A stretch of 64,000 nucleotides of DNA from Candidatus Fervidifonticultor sextus. GTDB lineage: Bacteria; Sysuimicrobiota; Sysuimicrobiia; Sysuimicrobiales; Humicultoraceae. Within the stretch, counting starts at the first letter, position 1, and every line of letters starts with the position of its first letter. The translations under genes were made by a program, and so were the position numbers. Where the stretch lies: the NCBI GenBank assembly GCA_031459875.1, contig JAVKHQ010000010.1, positions 22,281 to 86,280 of the forward strand. Reading direction: 5' to 3'. A model generated the notes under the pieces. That model did no database searches and was not told the DNA's origin. It saw nothing but the letters and a program-made list of their open reading frames with translations. This document shows positions 39,019 to 48,468 of the stretch, in pieces.

Positions 39019-39336
39019 TCAGCGCCCCGAGCCCGGGCTGCCGCGCTCTGCCAGCCGTCGCCGGTACTTTGCCATGGCGCCTTCCAGCGAGGCCTGGAGG
39101 TCCACGCCGGAGGCATTCGCCAGACAGATCAGCGCGAAGAGCGCGTCACCCACCTCGCTGGCCCACGCCGCCGACGGGTGAAACGGGTCACGGCCATAGC
39201 GCGTCCCGGTCAGGCCCTCCCGGGCCAGTTCGCCCACCTCCGAAGCGATGTCGAGCAGCCTGACCTGCAGGGAACGTTCGAGCCTGTGGGCTTCCACGAA
39301 CCGCGCCACCACCCTCTGGGCCTCCCGCAGTTCCAT
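39019..39336 (-). CDS. MazG-like nucleotide pyrophosphohydrolase
   Basis: SEVGELARE ... EVGDALFALICLAN..GVDL. Confidence 0.8.
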   Translation of the reverse strand: MELREAQRVVARFVEAHRLERSLQVRLLDIASEVGELAREGLTGTRYGRDPFHPSAAWASEVGDALFALICLANASGVDLQASLEGAMAKYRRRLAERGSPGSGR

Positions 39337-39361
39337 TCCCCGACCCTCCTTTGGGAAAGGA

Positions 39362-40693
39362 TCAGAACCTCAGGCCCTCGATCAGGGCGCGCAGCCCGCC
39401 GGAGCGGAACAACCGGACGGCGCGGTCCGCCGGCAGCAGGCGGGCCTCCAGACGGCGTCGGATCGGGCGCAGGAACTCTTCCTCGCCGCGCCCGCGCCGC
39501 CGAAGGGCGTCCTCACAGAGGTCCACCAGGCCCGCGAGCAATCCCAGGACCGGCTCGCGCGCCCGGAGGCCGCGGCGCACCGCGTCCTCGCGGTAGGCCT
39601 CCATCGCCGGCCAGACATCGGGCCCCAGCCGGTCGCACACAAACGCCCAGGCCCGCGGCCAGGCCTCCACCAGCCCCAAGGACAGCGCGGCGGCGGCGAG
39701 CCCCTCGTCCGGCGGCTGCTGACAGGCCGGCCGGATTTCAATGGTGGCGTGGTGCGCCCGGGGGCGCGCGCTGTTCCAGGTGTAGTGCTCGTGCCAGAGG
39801 TACGCGTCGAGGTCGGGCCCGTGGGTGGCCAGGTAGGACGTGAACGGTCGCCCGTACGGCGCGAAGCCGGTGCTGTCGCGGAGCACGTAGCAGGTCTGCC
39901 CGCAGATGAAGGTCAGGAACTCCTCCAGGGTGGCATACGGTCGGGGGGTCATGCCGTGCCGGTGGGCGCCGAGGGCCGCCAGCAGTCCTTCCCGCCCGGA
40001 GGCATAGCGGCCGACGCGCCCGGCATATACCGACGAATTCGCGGTGAGGGCAATGATGGGCCCCGAGAGGAGATTCAGGGTGTTGATGACGTCGACCAGT
40101 TCAAATCGGGCGATGTCCACCTGGAGCTGGTCGCTGGCGGTCGTGGTGAAGTGCAGCCATGGCCGTCCGATGGCGCGATGCAGGGCGACGTAGCGCGCCT
40201 TGGGCGTCATCAGGGTGACGCTGCCCGGCGTCCGCGGCTGAATGCCGTAGCCCAGCACGACCATGCCCCGCGCGGCCGCCGCCCGCACCAGACGTCCGAC
40301 CGCCGTCGCCGACAGCGCGTCAAGCTGATGGAGATCCTCCACCGGCGGCAGCACGACCTCCACGGTGGCCCGTCCCATCTCGATCTCGTAGCCAACCTGT
40401 CCGAGGTCCACGCGCACCGTCAGGCGCCGGCCGGTCGGATCGTCGTAGGCGATCCGCCCCCCACCCTCGCCCAGCAGGGGTTCCCACAGCAGGGCGGCGT
40501 CCCCGGCCCGGCCGTCGGGCCAGACGAGGGGGAACTCGGCCTCCCGCCCAATCCGCCGCAGAGCACCCAGCGTCGGCGGAAAGCGGCGGCCGAACGACTC
40601 GGCCAGGGCCTCGATGGCCGCCCGGAGCCGGCGGCGCGAGGAGCGCAGGCGCGTGGCGGGCGCGGCCTCAGAACGAGGGATACTTCGACGCAT
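39362..40693 (-). CDS. Glutamate--cysteine ligase (GCS2) family protein
   Basis: IGREAEF, EMGRATVE, TASDQLQVD, ANSS, ARPR...TIEIRPAC; ATG 40693. Confidence 0.8.
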   Translation of the reverse strand: MRRSIPRSEAAPATRLRSSRRRLRAAIEALAESFGRRFPPTLGALRRIGREAEFPLVWPDGRAGDAALLWEPLLGEGGGRIAYDDPTGRRLTVRVDLGQVGYEIEMGRATVEVVLPPVEDLHQLDALSATAVGRLVRAAAARGMVVLGYGIQPRTPGSVTLMTPKARYVALHRAIGRPWLHFTTTASDQLQVDIARFELVDVINTLNLLSGPIIALTANSSVYAGRVGRYASGREGLLAALGAHRHGMTPRPYATLEEFLTFICGQTCYVLRDSTGFAPYGRPFTSYLATHGPDLDAYLWHEHYTWNSARPRAHHATIEIRPACQQPPDEGLAAAALSLGLVEAWPRAWAFVCDRLGPDVWPAMEAYREDAVRRGLRAREPVLGLLAGLVDLCEDALRRRGRGEEEFLRPIRRRLEARLLPADRAVRLFRSGGLRALIEGLRF

Positions 40694-41327
40694 CCGGACA
40701 GAGGTAGTAGACGCGGTGGTCGAGCAACCGATCGTCGGCATCCAGGTGGAACTGGTTGAGTTCCAGGTTGAGGACGTCGTACCGCAGCGCGGCGTAGGGG
40801 TCCAGGCCCCGCAGTTCGCCGTGGAGTTGCTGCAGGAAGTTCTGGTGGGACGACACCAAAATCCGCTTACCCCGATGGGCGGTCAGCGTCTTCTCCAGGA
40901 ACGCCCGGGCCCGCGCCCGCAGCGCCTCGAACGACTCGCCGCCGGGGGGGTTGAGGGAGTACCGGACGTGCTCGATCGGCAGGTAGACCACCTGGGGGAA
41001 GCGGACGCGGATCTCGTCCTGCGTCAGCCCTTCCATCTCGCCGAACGACCGTTCGATGGCCAAATCGTCAATGATGATGCGCTCGCGCGGCCACCCCGTC
41101 ACGATCTCCGCCGTCTCGATGGCGCGCCGCAGGCTGGACGCGATCACCACATCCAGCCGGGTGCCGTTGAAGCTGGCCCGGGCCTCCTCGGCCTGTGCGC
41201 GGCCTACGTCAATGAGGGGCGCGTCGATTCGCCCCCCGGTCCGCTTCGACCGGTTGAGTTCGGTCAGGCCATGGCGGAGCGTGTAGAGCAGCGTCTGGCC
41301 GGGAGCGAGGTCCGGCTGTTCGACCAT
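40668..41327 (-). CDS. Histidine phosphatase family protein
   Basis: LRHGLT, SSLRRAIETA, ERSFGEMEG, GGESF, LVSSH; ATG 41327 with AGGAG RBS. Confidence 0.9.
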   Translation of the reverse strand: MVEQPDLAPGQTLLYTLRHGLTELNRSKRTGGRIDAPLIDVGRAQAEEARASFNGTRLDVVIASSLRRAIETAEIVTGWPRERIIIDDLAIERSFGEMEGLTQDEIRVRFPQVVYLPIEHVRYSLNPPGGESFEALRARARAFLEKTLTAHRGKRILVSSHQNFLQQLHGELRGLDPYAALRYDVLNLELNQFHLDADDRLLDHRVYYLCPDASKYPSF

Positions 41328-41567
41328 TGCCGCGTCTCCTCCGGGGCTCACGCACACATCGGGCAGCGCTGTTGCTTCCCGTCGTCTGGAACATCTTCCT
41401 GCTACGGTCCCTCCGTGGCGGGGCCGCGCCGGGGGGGTGGCCAAGACCCGCCCCCACACGGCCCGGGGCGGGGCCCCGGGCCGGGGACAAGGGTTTTGCG
41501 GACCGTCAGGGAATACTAGGAGCAATAGTCTGCGCTCGCCATCGACCCAGAGGGGGAGGGGAAGCGT

Positions 41568-42620
41568 ATGAGGCAGGGGACAGTCAAGGGTATGCTCAGG
41601 CGAATGGCGCTCTGGGTGGCTGTGCTCGCTCTCGCTGCGGGCCTGGCCAGCCAGGCGGCCGCCCAGGCCCCGGTGAGGCTGACGGTCTACACCGCGCTCG
41701 AGAACGACCAGCTGGGACCCTATAAAGCCGCGTTTGAGGCCGACAACCCCGGCATCGTGATTGACTGGGTACGGGACTCGACCGGCGTGGTCACGGCCCG
41801 CCTGCTGGCCGAGCGGGCCAACCCACGGGCGGACGTGATCTGGGGGCTGGCGGCGACCAGCATGATCATCTTCGAGGAAAACAATATGCTGGAGCCCTAC
41901 ACGCCCAGGGGCGCCGAAGCGCTCAAGCCCCAGTTCCGCAGCCCCCGCACCCCGATGACCTGGACCGGCATGGACGCCTGGCTGTCCGTGATCTGCTTCA
42001 ACACCCGGGAGGCGGTCAGGCGCAACATCCGGCAGCCCAAGTCCTGGAAGGACCTGCTCAACCCCATCTACAAAGACCAGATCTCCATGCCGAATCCGAA
42101 CTCCTCAGGGACGGGGTTTCTGACCGTCGCCGCCTGGCTCCAGCTCTTCGGGGAGGATGAGGCCTGGAAGTTCATGGACCAGCTGAACAACAACGTGGCC
42201 TTCTACACCCACTCCGGCTCGGCGCCGTGCGTGCGGGCCGCCCGGGGCGAGCATGCGCTGGGCATCGGGTTCGACATGCGGGGCGCCCGGCTGAAGCAGG
42301 AAGGCGCGCCGATCGACGTCATCCTCCCGCGAGAAGGCGCGGGCTGGGACATGGAGGCCACGGCTATCCACCGCGGGACCAGGAACCTGGCGGCCGCGCG
42401 CCGGCTCGCCGACTGGTCGGTCAGCCGCAAGGCGAACGAGATGTACAACGAGTGGTATGCCATCGTGGCCCTGCCGGGCGTGGCCAACATCCCGCCATTC
42501 TACCCGCCCGACGGCGAAGCCAAGATGATCAAGAACGACTTCGGCTGGATGGCGAAGAACCGAGACCGCATCCTCCGGGAGTGGGGACGACGGTTCGAGA
42601 GCGGCAAACGGACCATCTAG
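41568..42620 (+). CDS. phnS: Putative 2-aminoethylphosphonate ABC transporter substrate-binding protein
   Basis: LTVYTALE, WVRDSTGVVTARLLAE, WTGMDAW, YTHSGS.PC, GWDMEA; in an operon with phnW. Confidence 0.88.
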   Translation: MRQGTVKGMLRRMALWVAVLALAAGLASQAAAQAPVRLTVYTALENDQLGPYKAAFEADNPGIVIDWVRDSTGVVTARLLAERANPRADVIWGLAATSMIIFEENNMLEPYTPRGAEALKPQFRSPRTPMTWTGMDAWLSVICFNTREAVRRNIRQPKSWKDLLNPIYKDQISMPNPNSSGTGFLTVAAWLQLFGEDEAWKFMDQLNNNVAFYTHSGSAPCVRAARGEHALGIGFDMRGARLKQEGAPIDVILPREGAGWDMEATAIHRGTRNLAAARRLADWSVSRKANEMYNEWYAIVALPGVANIPPFYPPDGEAKMIKNDFGWMAKNRDRILREWGRRFESGKRTI

Positions 42621-42644
42621 GCGCGTGGAGCACTGAGAGGAGAC

Positions 42645-42685
42645 CGCCAGCCCCCGCCCCGGTTCAGCCTCGGCGGGGGCTGGCG
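42645..42685 (+). other. 14-bp intercistronic stem-loop
   Basis: CGCCAGCCCCCGCC-13 nt-GGCGGGGGCTGGCG, no U tract. Confidence 0.75.
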
Positions 42686-42690
42686 TGGCC

Positions 42691-43815
42691 ATGAGCGTGC
42701 CCCACCTCCACGCCGGCGCGAAGGACCAGGCGGGCCAGACGGCGGGTCCCGACCTCCAGGTCGAGGGCATCTGGAAGCGGTTTGGCGCCTTCACGGCGCT
42801 GATGGACGTGTCGTTCGAGATCTTCCACGGCGAGTTCGTCTGCCTGCTGGGCCCCTCGGGGTGCGGGAAGACCACGCTGCTCCGGATCATCATGGGGCTG
42901 GAGGTCCAGACCCAGGGCCGCATCTGGCACCGGGGCCGGGACATCTCGGTCCTGCCGCCGGCCCATCGCCACTTCGGGATCGTCTTCCAATCGTACGCGC
43001 TCTTCCCGAACCTCACCGTCTTCGACAACATCGCCTACGGACTCCACAGCCGCAGGATGGGGCGCGACCAGATCAGCGCCCGCGTGAACGAACTTTTGGC
43101 GCTCATCGGCATGCCCGACGCGGCCAGGAAATACCCGGCCCAGCTCTCCGGCGGCCAGCAACAGCGGGTGGCCCTGGCCAGGGCGCTGGCGCCCTCGCCG
43201 GGTGTGCTCCTGCTGGACGAACCGCTCTCGGCCCTGGACGCCCGACTCCGCATCCGCCTCCGGCACGAGATCCGCGCGCTCCAGCGGCGGCTGGGCATCA
43301 CCACCATCCTGGTCACCCACGATCAGGAGGAAGCCCTCACGATGGCCGACCGGATTGTCGTCATGAACCACGGGGTCATCGAGCAGATCGGCACGCCCTT
43401 CGAGATCTACCGGAATCCCGCCACCCCCTTCGTCGCGGACTTCGTGGGCGAGATGAACTTCCTCGACGGCGCGCTGGTGGACTCCGACCTGGTCCGCGTG
43501 GGGGACACGGAACTGCGGGCCGGCGCCGCCGACGGGATCTCGATCGGTTCCCATGTCCAGGTCTGCTTCCGGCCCGAAGACGTAGACGTGCGCAACGCCG
43601 GCGCCTCGGCCACAAACGCCATGCCGGTGGAGATCGTCGCCCTGGACTTCCTGGGATCGTTCTACCGCGCGACGCTGCGGCCGACGGCGGCCGGGACCGC
43701 CGAGGTCAGGGCCGACATCCCCATCCACCTCCAGCGCGAGTACGACCTGGCCCCGGGAAAGATCATCACGGTGTCGTTGCCCGCCGACCGCATCCGCGTG
43801 TTTCCCAGAGGCTGA
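42691..43815 (+). CDS. phnT: Putative 2-aminoethylphosphonate ABC transporter ATP-binding protein
   Basis: GPSGCGKTT, FQSYALFPNL, LSGGQQQR, DEPLSALD, TOBE-like C-terminus. Confidence 0.88.
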   Translation: MSVPHLHAGAKDQAGQTAGPDLQVEGIWKRFGAFTALMDVSFEIFHGEFVCLLGPSGCGKTTLLRIIMGLEVQTQGRIWHRGRDISVLPPAHRHFGIVFQSYALFPNLTVFDNIAYGLHSRRMGRDQISARVNELLALIGMPDAARKYPAQLSGGQQQRVALARALAPSPGVLLLDEPLSALDARLRIRLRHEIRALQRRLGITTILVTHDQEEALTMADRIVVMNHGVIEQIGTPFEIYRNPATPFVADFVGEMNFLDGALVDSDLVRVGDTELRAGAADGISIGSHVQVCFRPEDVDVRNAGASATNAMPVEIVALDFLGSFYRATLRPTAAGTAEVRADIPIHLQREYDLAPGKIITVSLPADRIRVFPRG

Positions 43816-43820
43816 GCGAG

Positions 43821-45515
43821 ATGGCGACGGCGGTCGCGGGGGCCCGGGTCCGCCAGCAACTCGCGGGTGACGAGTGGCTGGCGCGCGGAGGCCTGGCGGG
43901 CCTGGCCCTGTGGCTGGCGATCACCGTGGCCCTGCCGTTGTGGGCGCTCCTGTCCCGGAGCGTGCTGAGCCGCCAGGGACAGTTCGTCGGACTGGCCAAC
44001 TACGCCGACTACTTCTCCAATCCCGCGCTCTTCTCGTCGTTCTGGAACAGCCTCACCATCGCGGTCGTGACCACGGCTCTGGTCCTGCCGACCGCGTTCG
44101 TCTACGCCTATGCGCTGACCCGCACCTGCATGAAGGCGAAAGGCCTGTTCGGCGCCGTCGCCCTCATCCCCATCCTGGCCCCGTCGCTGCTCCAGGCACT
44201 GGCGCTGGTCTACCTGTTTGGCAACCAGGGACTGCTCAGGGACTGGCTGCTGGGACACTCCATCTACGGCCCCATCGGGATCATCTTCGCCGAGGCCGTG
44301 TACTGTTTCCCGCATGCGTTGATGATCCTGGTGACCGCGCTCAGGATGTCCGACGCGCGGCTGTACGAGTCCGCCGCTGCCCTGGGGGCCTCACCGTGGC
44401 GGGTCTTCTTCACGGTCACCCTGCCGGGGGTCAAGTACGGTGTCATCAGCGCTGGCTTCGTCGTCTTCACCCTCACCATCACCGACTTCGGGATTCCCAA
44501 GGTGATCGGCGGCCAGTTCAACGTCCTGGCGACCGATGTCTACAAGCAGGTCTTCGGCCGGCAGGACTTCGAGATGGGGGCCGTGGTGAGCGTGGTCCTG
44601 CTGGTGCCGGCCGTGCTGTCGTTTTTGGCCGAGCGATATGTCCGGCAGCGGCAGATGGCCCAGCTCACGGCGCAGGCCGTGCCATTCTCGCCCACCCCCA
44701 GGCCGCTCACCGATCGGTCCCTGTTCGTGATCTGCACCCTCATCGCCATCCCCATCGTGGGACTCCTGGCCACGGCCGCCTGGGGATCGTTCATCCGATT
44801 CTGGCCCTACAACCTGGCGATAAGCCTGCGAAACTACGAGTTCTCGCGCTTTGAGACCGAGGGCTGGCTGCCGTATTTCAACTCCCTGCGGATGGCGGGC
44901 CTGACCGCCCTGTTCGGCACGGCTATCATCTTCACCGGCGCCTACTTCCAGGAAAAGACTCGCGCGGGCCCGGCCATCCGGTCGGTCGTCCAGTTGTTCG
45001 CCATGCTGCCCCTGGCCGTGCCCGGACTGGTGCTGGGAATCAGCTACATCCTCTTCTTCAACCATCCGGCCAACCCGCTGGGCTTCCTCTACGGCACGCT
45101 GGCGATCATGGTGATCAACACCATCGCGCACTTCTACACCGTGAGCCACCTGACGGCCACCACCGCCCTCAAGCAACTGGACAGCGAATTCGAGGCGGTC
45201 TCGGCGTCGCTGCGGGCGCCCTTCTACCGAACCTTCTGGAAAGTGACGGTGCCCGTGTCCCTGCCGGCCATCCTGGACATCGCGGTGTACATGTTCGTCA
45301 ACGCCATGACCACCGTCTCGGCGGTGATCTTCCTGTGGGTCCCCCACACCCGGCTGGCCTCCATCGCGGTGGTGTACATGGACGACACCGGCCAGCAGGG
45401 AGCCGCCGCGGCCATGGCCATGATGATCGTCTACACCTCGGCGGTGATGAAACTGCTCCACGTCCTGCTGTCGCGGTACCTGGACCGGCGGACACAGGCC
45501 TGGCGGAAGCGGTAG
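43821..45515 (+). CDS. phnU: Putative 2-aminoethylphosphonate ABC transporter permease (fused double)
   Basis: GLANY..YF, LAPSLL, DARLYES, TDFGIPKVIGG, EFEAVSASL, FVNAMTTVSAVIFL. Confidence 0.88.
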   Translation: MATAVAGARVRQQLAGDEWLARGGLAGLALWLAITVALPLWALLSRSVLSRQGQFVGLANYADYFSNPALFSSFWNSLTIAVVTTALVLPTAFVYAYALTRTCMKAKGLFGAVALIPILAPSLLQALALVYLFGNQGLLRDWLLGHSIYGPIGIIFAEAVYCFPHALMILVTALRMSDARLYESAAALGASPWRVFFTVTLPGVKYGVISAGFVVFTLTITDFGIPKVIGGQFNVLATDVYKQVFGRQDFEMGAVVSVVLLVPAVLSFLAERYVRQRQMAQLTAQAVPFSPTPRPLTDRSLFVICTLIAIPIVGLLATAAWGSFIRFWPYNLAISLRNYEFSRFETEGWLPYFNSLRMAGLTALFGTAIIFTGAYFQEKTRAGPAIRSVVQLFAMLPLAVPGLVLGISYILFFNHPANPLGFLYGTLAIMVINTIAHFYTVSHLTATTALKQLDSEFEAVSASLRAPFYRTFWKVTVPVSLPAILDIAVYMFVNAMTTVSAVIFLWVPHTRLASIAVVYMDDTGQQGAAAAMAMMIVYTSAVMKLLHVLLSRYLDRRTQAWRKR

Positions 45516-45543
45516 CCGCCGCGTCCGCTACTTCCCGGGAGGC

Positions 45544-46680
45544 ATGCCGATGACCCAGCCCGACAACGCCCCGCTGCTGCTGACGCCCGGGCCGCTGACC
45601 ACGTCGCGGACGGTGAAGGAGGCGATGCTGCGCGACTGGGGGTCGCGCGACGACGCGTTCACCGCCATCAACGCCCGCGTGCGCGCGCGCCTGGTGGAGA
45701 TCGCCGGCGGCGAGGGGACGCATGTGGCGGTCCTGCTGCAGGGATCGGGCACCTTTGCCGTGGAGGCCACCCTCGGCACCTTCGTGCCCCGGACCGGCAA
45801 AGTCCTGATCCTGATCAACGGCGCCTACGGCCACCGCATGGCCCAGATCTGCCGGGTGATCGGTCGGGCGTACTCGACGCTGGAGACCCCCGAGGATGCG
45901 CCGCCTGACCCACAGGCCGTCGCCGCGGCGCTCGCCACCGACCCGGCGATCACCCACGTGGCCGTGGTGTACTGCGAGACGACCTCCGGCATCCAGAACC
46001 CCCTGGCCGAGATCGCCGCCGTCACCGCCGCCGCTGGCCGGAGGCTGCTCGTCGACGCCATGAGCGCCTTCGGCGCGCTGCCGTGCGATGCCCGCAAGAT
46101 CCCCTACGACGCGCTGGCCTCGTCGTTCAACAAATGCCTGGAAGGCGTGCCGGGCGCCGCGTTCGTCATCTGCCGGCGGTCGGCCCTCGAAGATGCGGCC
46201 GGCAACGCCCATTCGGTCTCGCTGGACCTGCACGACCAGTGGGCGTCCATGGAACGGACGGGCCAGTGGCGGTTCACCCCTCCGACCCACGTTCTCGCCG
46301 CCTTCGACCGGGCGCTGGCCGAGCATGCCGCCGAGGGCGGGGTGGAGGGGCGGGGGGCCAGGTACCGCCGGAACTGGCGGGTCCTGGTGGACGGGATGCG
46401 CGCGATGGGCTTCACCACCCTGCTCCCCGACCGCCTGCAGGCGCCGATCATCGTGACGTTCCTCGCGCCGGCCGATCCGCGCTTCGAGTTCAAGGCGTTC
46501 TACCATGGGCTCGCGCGGCGCGGCTACCTGATCTACCCCGGCAGACTCACGAAGGCCGACTCCTTCCGCATCGGCTGCATCGGCCGGATCACTGAGGCCG
46601 ACATGCGGGGGGCCCTGACGGCGATCCGTGAGGTCCTGGACGAGATGGGCGTGCGGGTGCCGGTGGCGGCGGAACGGTGA
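45544..46680 (+). CDS. phnW: 2-aminoethylphosphonate--pyruvate transaminase
   Basis: LLTPGPLTTS, DWGSRD, NGAYG.R, CETTSG, DAMSAFG, NKCLEGVPG, QWRFTPPTH, IYPG.LT..SFRIGCIG. Confidence 0.95.
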   Translation: MPMTQPDNAPLLLTPGPLTTSRTVKEAMLRDWGSRDDAFTAINARVRARLVEIAGGEGTHVAVLLQGSGTFAVEATLGTFVPRTGKVLILINGAYGHRMAQICRVIGRAYSTLETPEDAPPDPQAVAAALATDPAITHVAVVYCETTSGIQNPLAEIAAVTAAAGRRLLVDAMSAFGALPCDARKIPYDALASSFNKCLEGVPGAAFVICRRSALEDAAGNAHSVSLDLHDQWASMERTGQWRFTPPTHVLAAFDRALAEHAAEGGVEGRGARYRRNWRVLVDGMRAMGFTTLLPDRLQAPIIVTFLAPADPRFEFKAFYHGLARRGYLIYPGRLTKADSFRIGCIGRITEADMRGALTAIREVLDEMGVRVPVAAER

Positions 46681-46708
46681 GCAGGAGTTCGAGGCGGGGC
46701 GGCGCGCG

Positions 46709-48427
46709 TCAGAGCGCGTCTGTCCCGGCCGCAATGACCTCGAGGTCGGCCCGCGTGTAGGAACCCAGGCTGCGGAAGTCCAACTCGACGTAGTTCCGAA
46801 TCCACCGCATGGCGATCTTGACCGCTCTGCGGTACCGCTCTTCGGCTTCCTGGTACGCCGCCCGATCCCTGGGAGACCCGGCCGACGCCGCCCGAAGCCG
46901 CGCCAGGATGTCGTCGGTCTCCTCCAGGAGCAGGCGCTTCACCAGGGCCGCATCGTGCACCACAGAGGGATCGGCGGCATCCCTGGCGCGGTGTCGGATC
47001 CGCTGGGCGATCTGCGCCACCGAGATGCGACCCGTGGCCAGATCTTCCATCAGGGCGGGATGCCGGCCCGGCCTGCCGGCCAGGCTGTCGATCCCCTTGG
47101 CCCCGCGGCCGTTCAGCCATCCCTCGAGGTACTCCACGAGCATGCGCGCGTTGCGCCGGGTGCCGTCCACGGTGATCGGACCGTCGGGCACCTGGATGTC
47201 CACCGGGTAGCGATCGAAATCGGTCATCTCGGGTGAAGGCCGCCAGCCTGACGCCCGCAAGCGTTTGAAGGGCTCCGCCGCGGTCTTCATGTGGAAGATG
47301 TGCGCCACCCACGCCCGGACGAATCCCTGGCGGGCCTCCCACTCCTTGTCCGCCCGGATGGCCTCCGCCGCCTGCCGGTTGACCTCGGGGTCGGGATGGG
47401 GCAGCGCCGTGGCCATGCCGCCGATGGGGACGGCGCCGCGCCTGAGGCAGATCGCCACCAACCGCCTGAAGATGTCGGCAAGGAACGGGGTGGTCTTGAT
47501 GTCCACACCGAACCGGTCCGGCCACACCTGGGAAGGATCGGTCATGACGTACTCCAGGATGCTGGCCTTGAGATCCCACCGGGCGGCGTTGAGCCCGGCG
47601 GCGTACGGGCCCAGGGCGTGGAGCATCTCCTCCATCTGGTAGACGGCCGGCAGGGCCTCGATGAGGGGGATGGCGCGAATCACGGCGTCTTTGAGGTGGG
47701 GCAGGTGGGCGCGGCTGGCATCGAAGAGGTCCCGGTAGAAGCGAGCCTCCTCGGCCGATTCCAGCTTGGGGAGGTAGAAGTAGATCCCCTGGCCGCGCTC
47801 GACCTGCGCCCGGCCGGCGTAGAAGAGGGTCAGGGCCGTCCCCAGGATCGCGGCGCAGACGGGGGTCCCGTCCACCGTCACCTCGGGCTCGTCCAGGTGG
47901 AGGCCGCGCTCCCGGTGCATGAAGAAGGGCAGGTCGCCCTCTGCGATCCGGTATGCCTTGCATTTCTCCGGATCGAAGTAGGTCAGTTCGCGCCTGACCG
48001 CCGCCAGGCGGTTGTGTGCGGCGCGCACGGTGTCGATCAGCCGGTGCCCGGCGGAGTCCTCGTCGTCGTCGAGGTCGGCCTCGGCCCGCTCCCCCTCCAG
48101 CCCCGGGTTCAGCGCGTTGATGAACATGCCGGTCACCGAAGCCGGGCCCGAGATCTCGATCCCCGGCCTCTGGAGTTCCTCGGGGACCGGGGGGACCTGC
48201 CAGTCGCCGCGGCTGGCTTGGCTGTCGAAGACCGGGGCGGGCACCACGCGCTCGTGGAGCGCGCGCCCCAACATCGCCGCGCGGCAGGCGCGCAGCGCGC
48301 GGACGCGGGGCGCAAACCGGTCGTGGAGGAGGACCAGATAGTCGAGGAATTCGGGCGTGAAGAGCTCCGCCGCCCCTTCCACCGGGGCGAACCAGACCCG
48401 GGATGCGGCGGGGGTGCGCTCACCCAT
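46709..48427 (-). CDS. aceB: Malate synthase (A-type-like)
   Basis: IEISGP, INALN, DDEDS, RERGLHLDE, YFYLPKLES, LIE, GLNAARWD, GGMA, AWVAH, LMEDLAT; ATG 48427. Confidence 0.85.
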   Translation of the reverse strand: MGERTPAASRVWFAPVEGAAELFTPEFLDYLVLLHDRFAPRVRALRACRAAMLGRALHERVVPAPVFDSQASRGDWQVPPVPEELQRPGIEISGPASVTGMFINALNPGLEGERAEADLDDDEDSAGHRLIDTVRAAHNRLAAVRRELTYFDPEKCKAYRIAEGDLPFFMHRERGLHLDEPEVTVDGTPVCAAILGTALTLFYAGRAQVERGQGIYFYLPKLESAEEARFYRDLFDASRAHLPHLKDAVIRAIPLIEALPAVYQMEEMLHALGPYAAGLNAARWDLKASILEYVMTDPSQVWPDRFGVDIKTTPFLADIFRRLVAICLRRGAVPIGGMATALPHPDPEVNRQAAEAIRADKEWEARQGFVRAWVAHIFHMKTAAEPFKRLRASGWRPSPEMTDFDRYPVDIQVPDGPITVDGTRRNARMLVEYLEGWLNGRGAKGIDSLAGRPGRHPALMEDLATGRISVAQIAQRIRHRARDAADPSVVHDAALVKRLLLEETDDILARLRAASAGSPRDRAAYQEAEERYRRAVKIAMRWIRNYVELDFRSLGSYTRADLEVIAAGTDAL

Positions 48428-48468
48428 GGGGTGTCCCCCAGGCTCTCCTCCAGCGCCCGTCCCGACCG

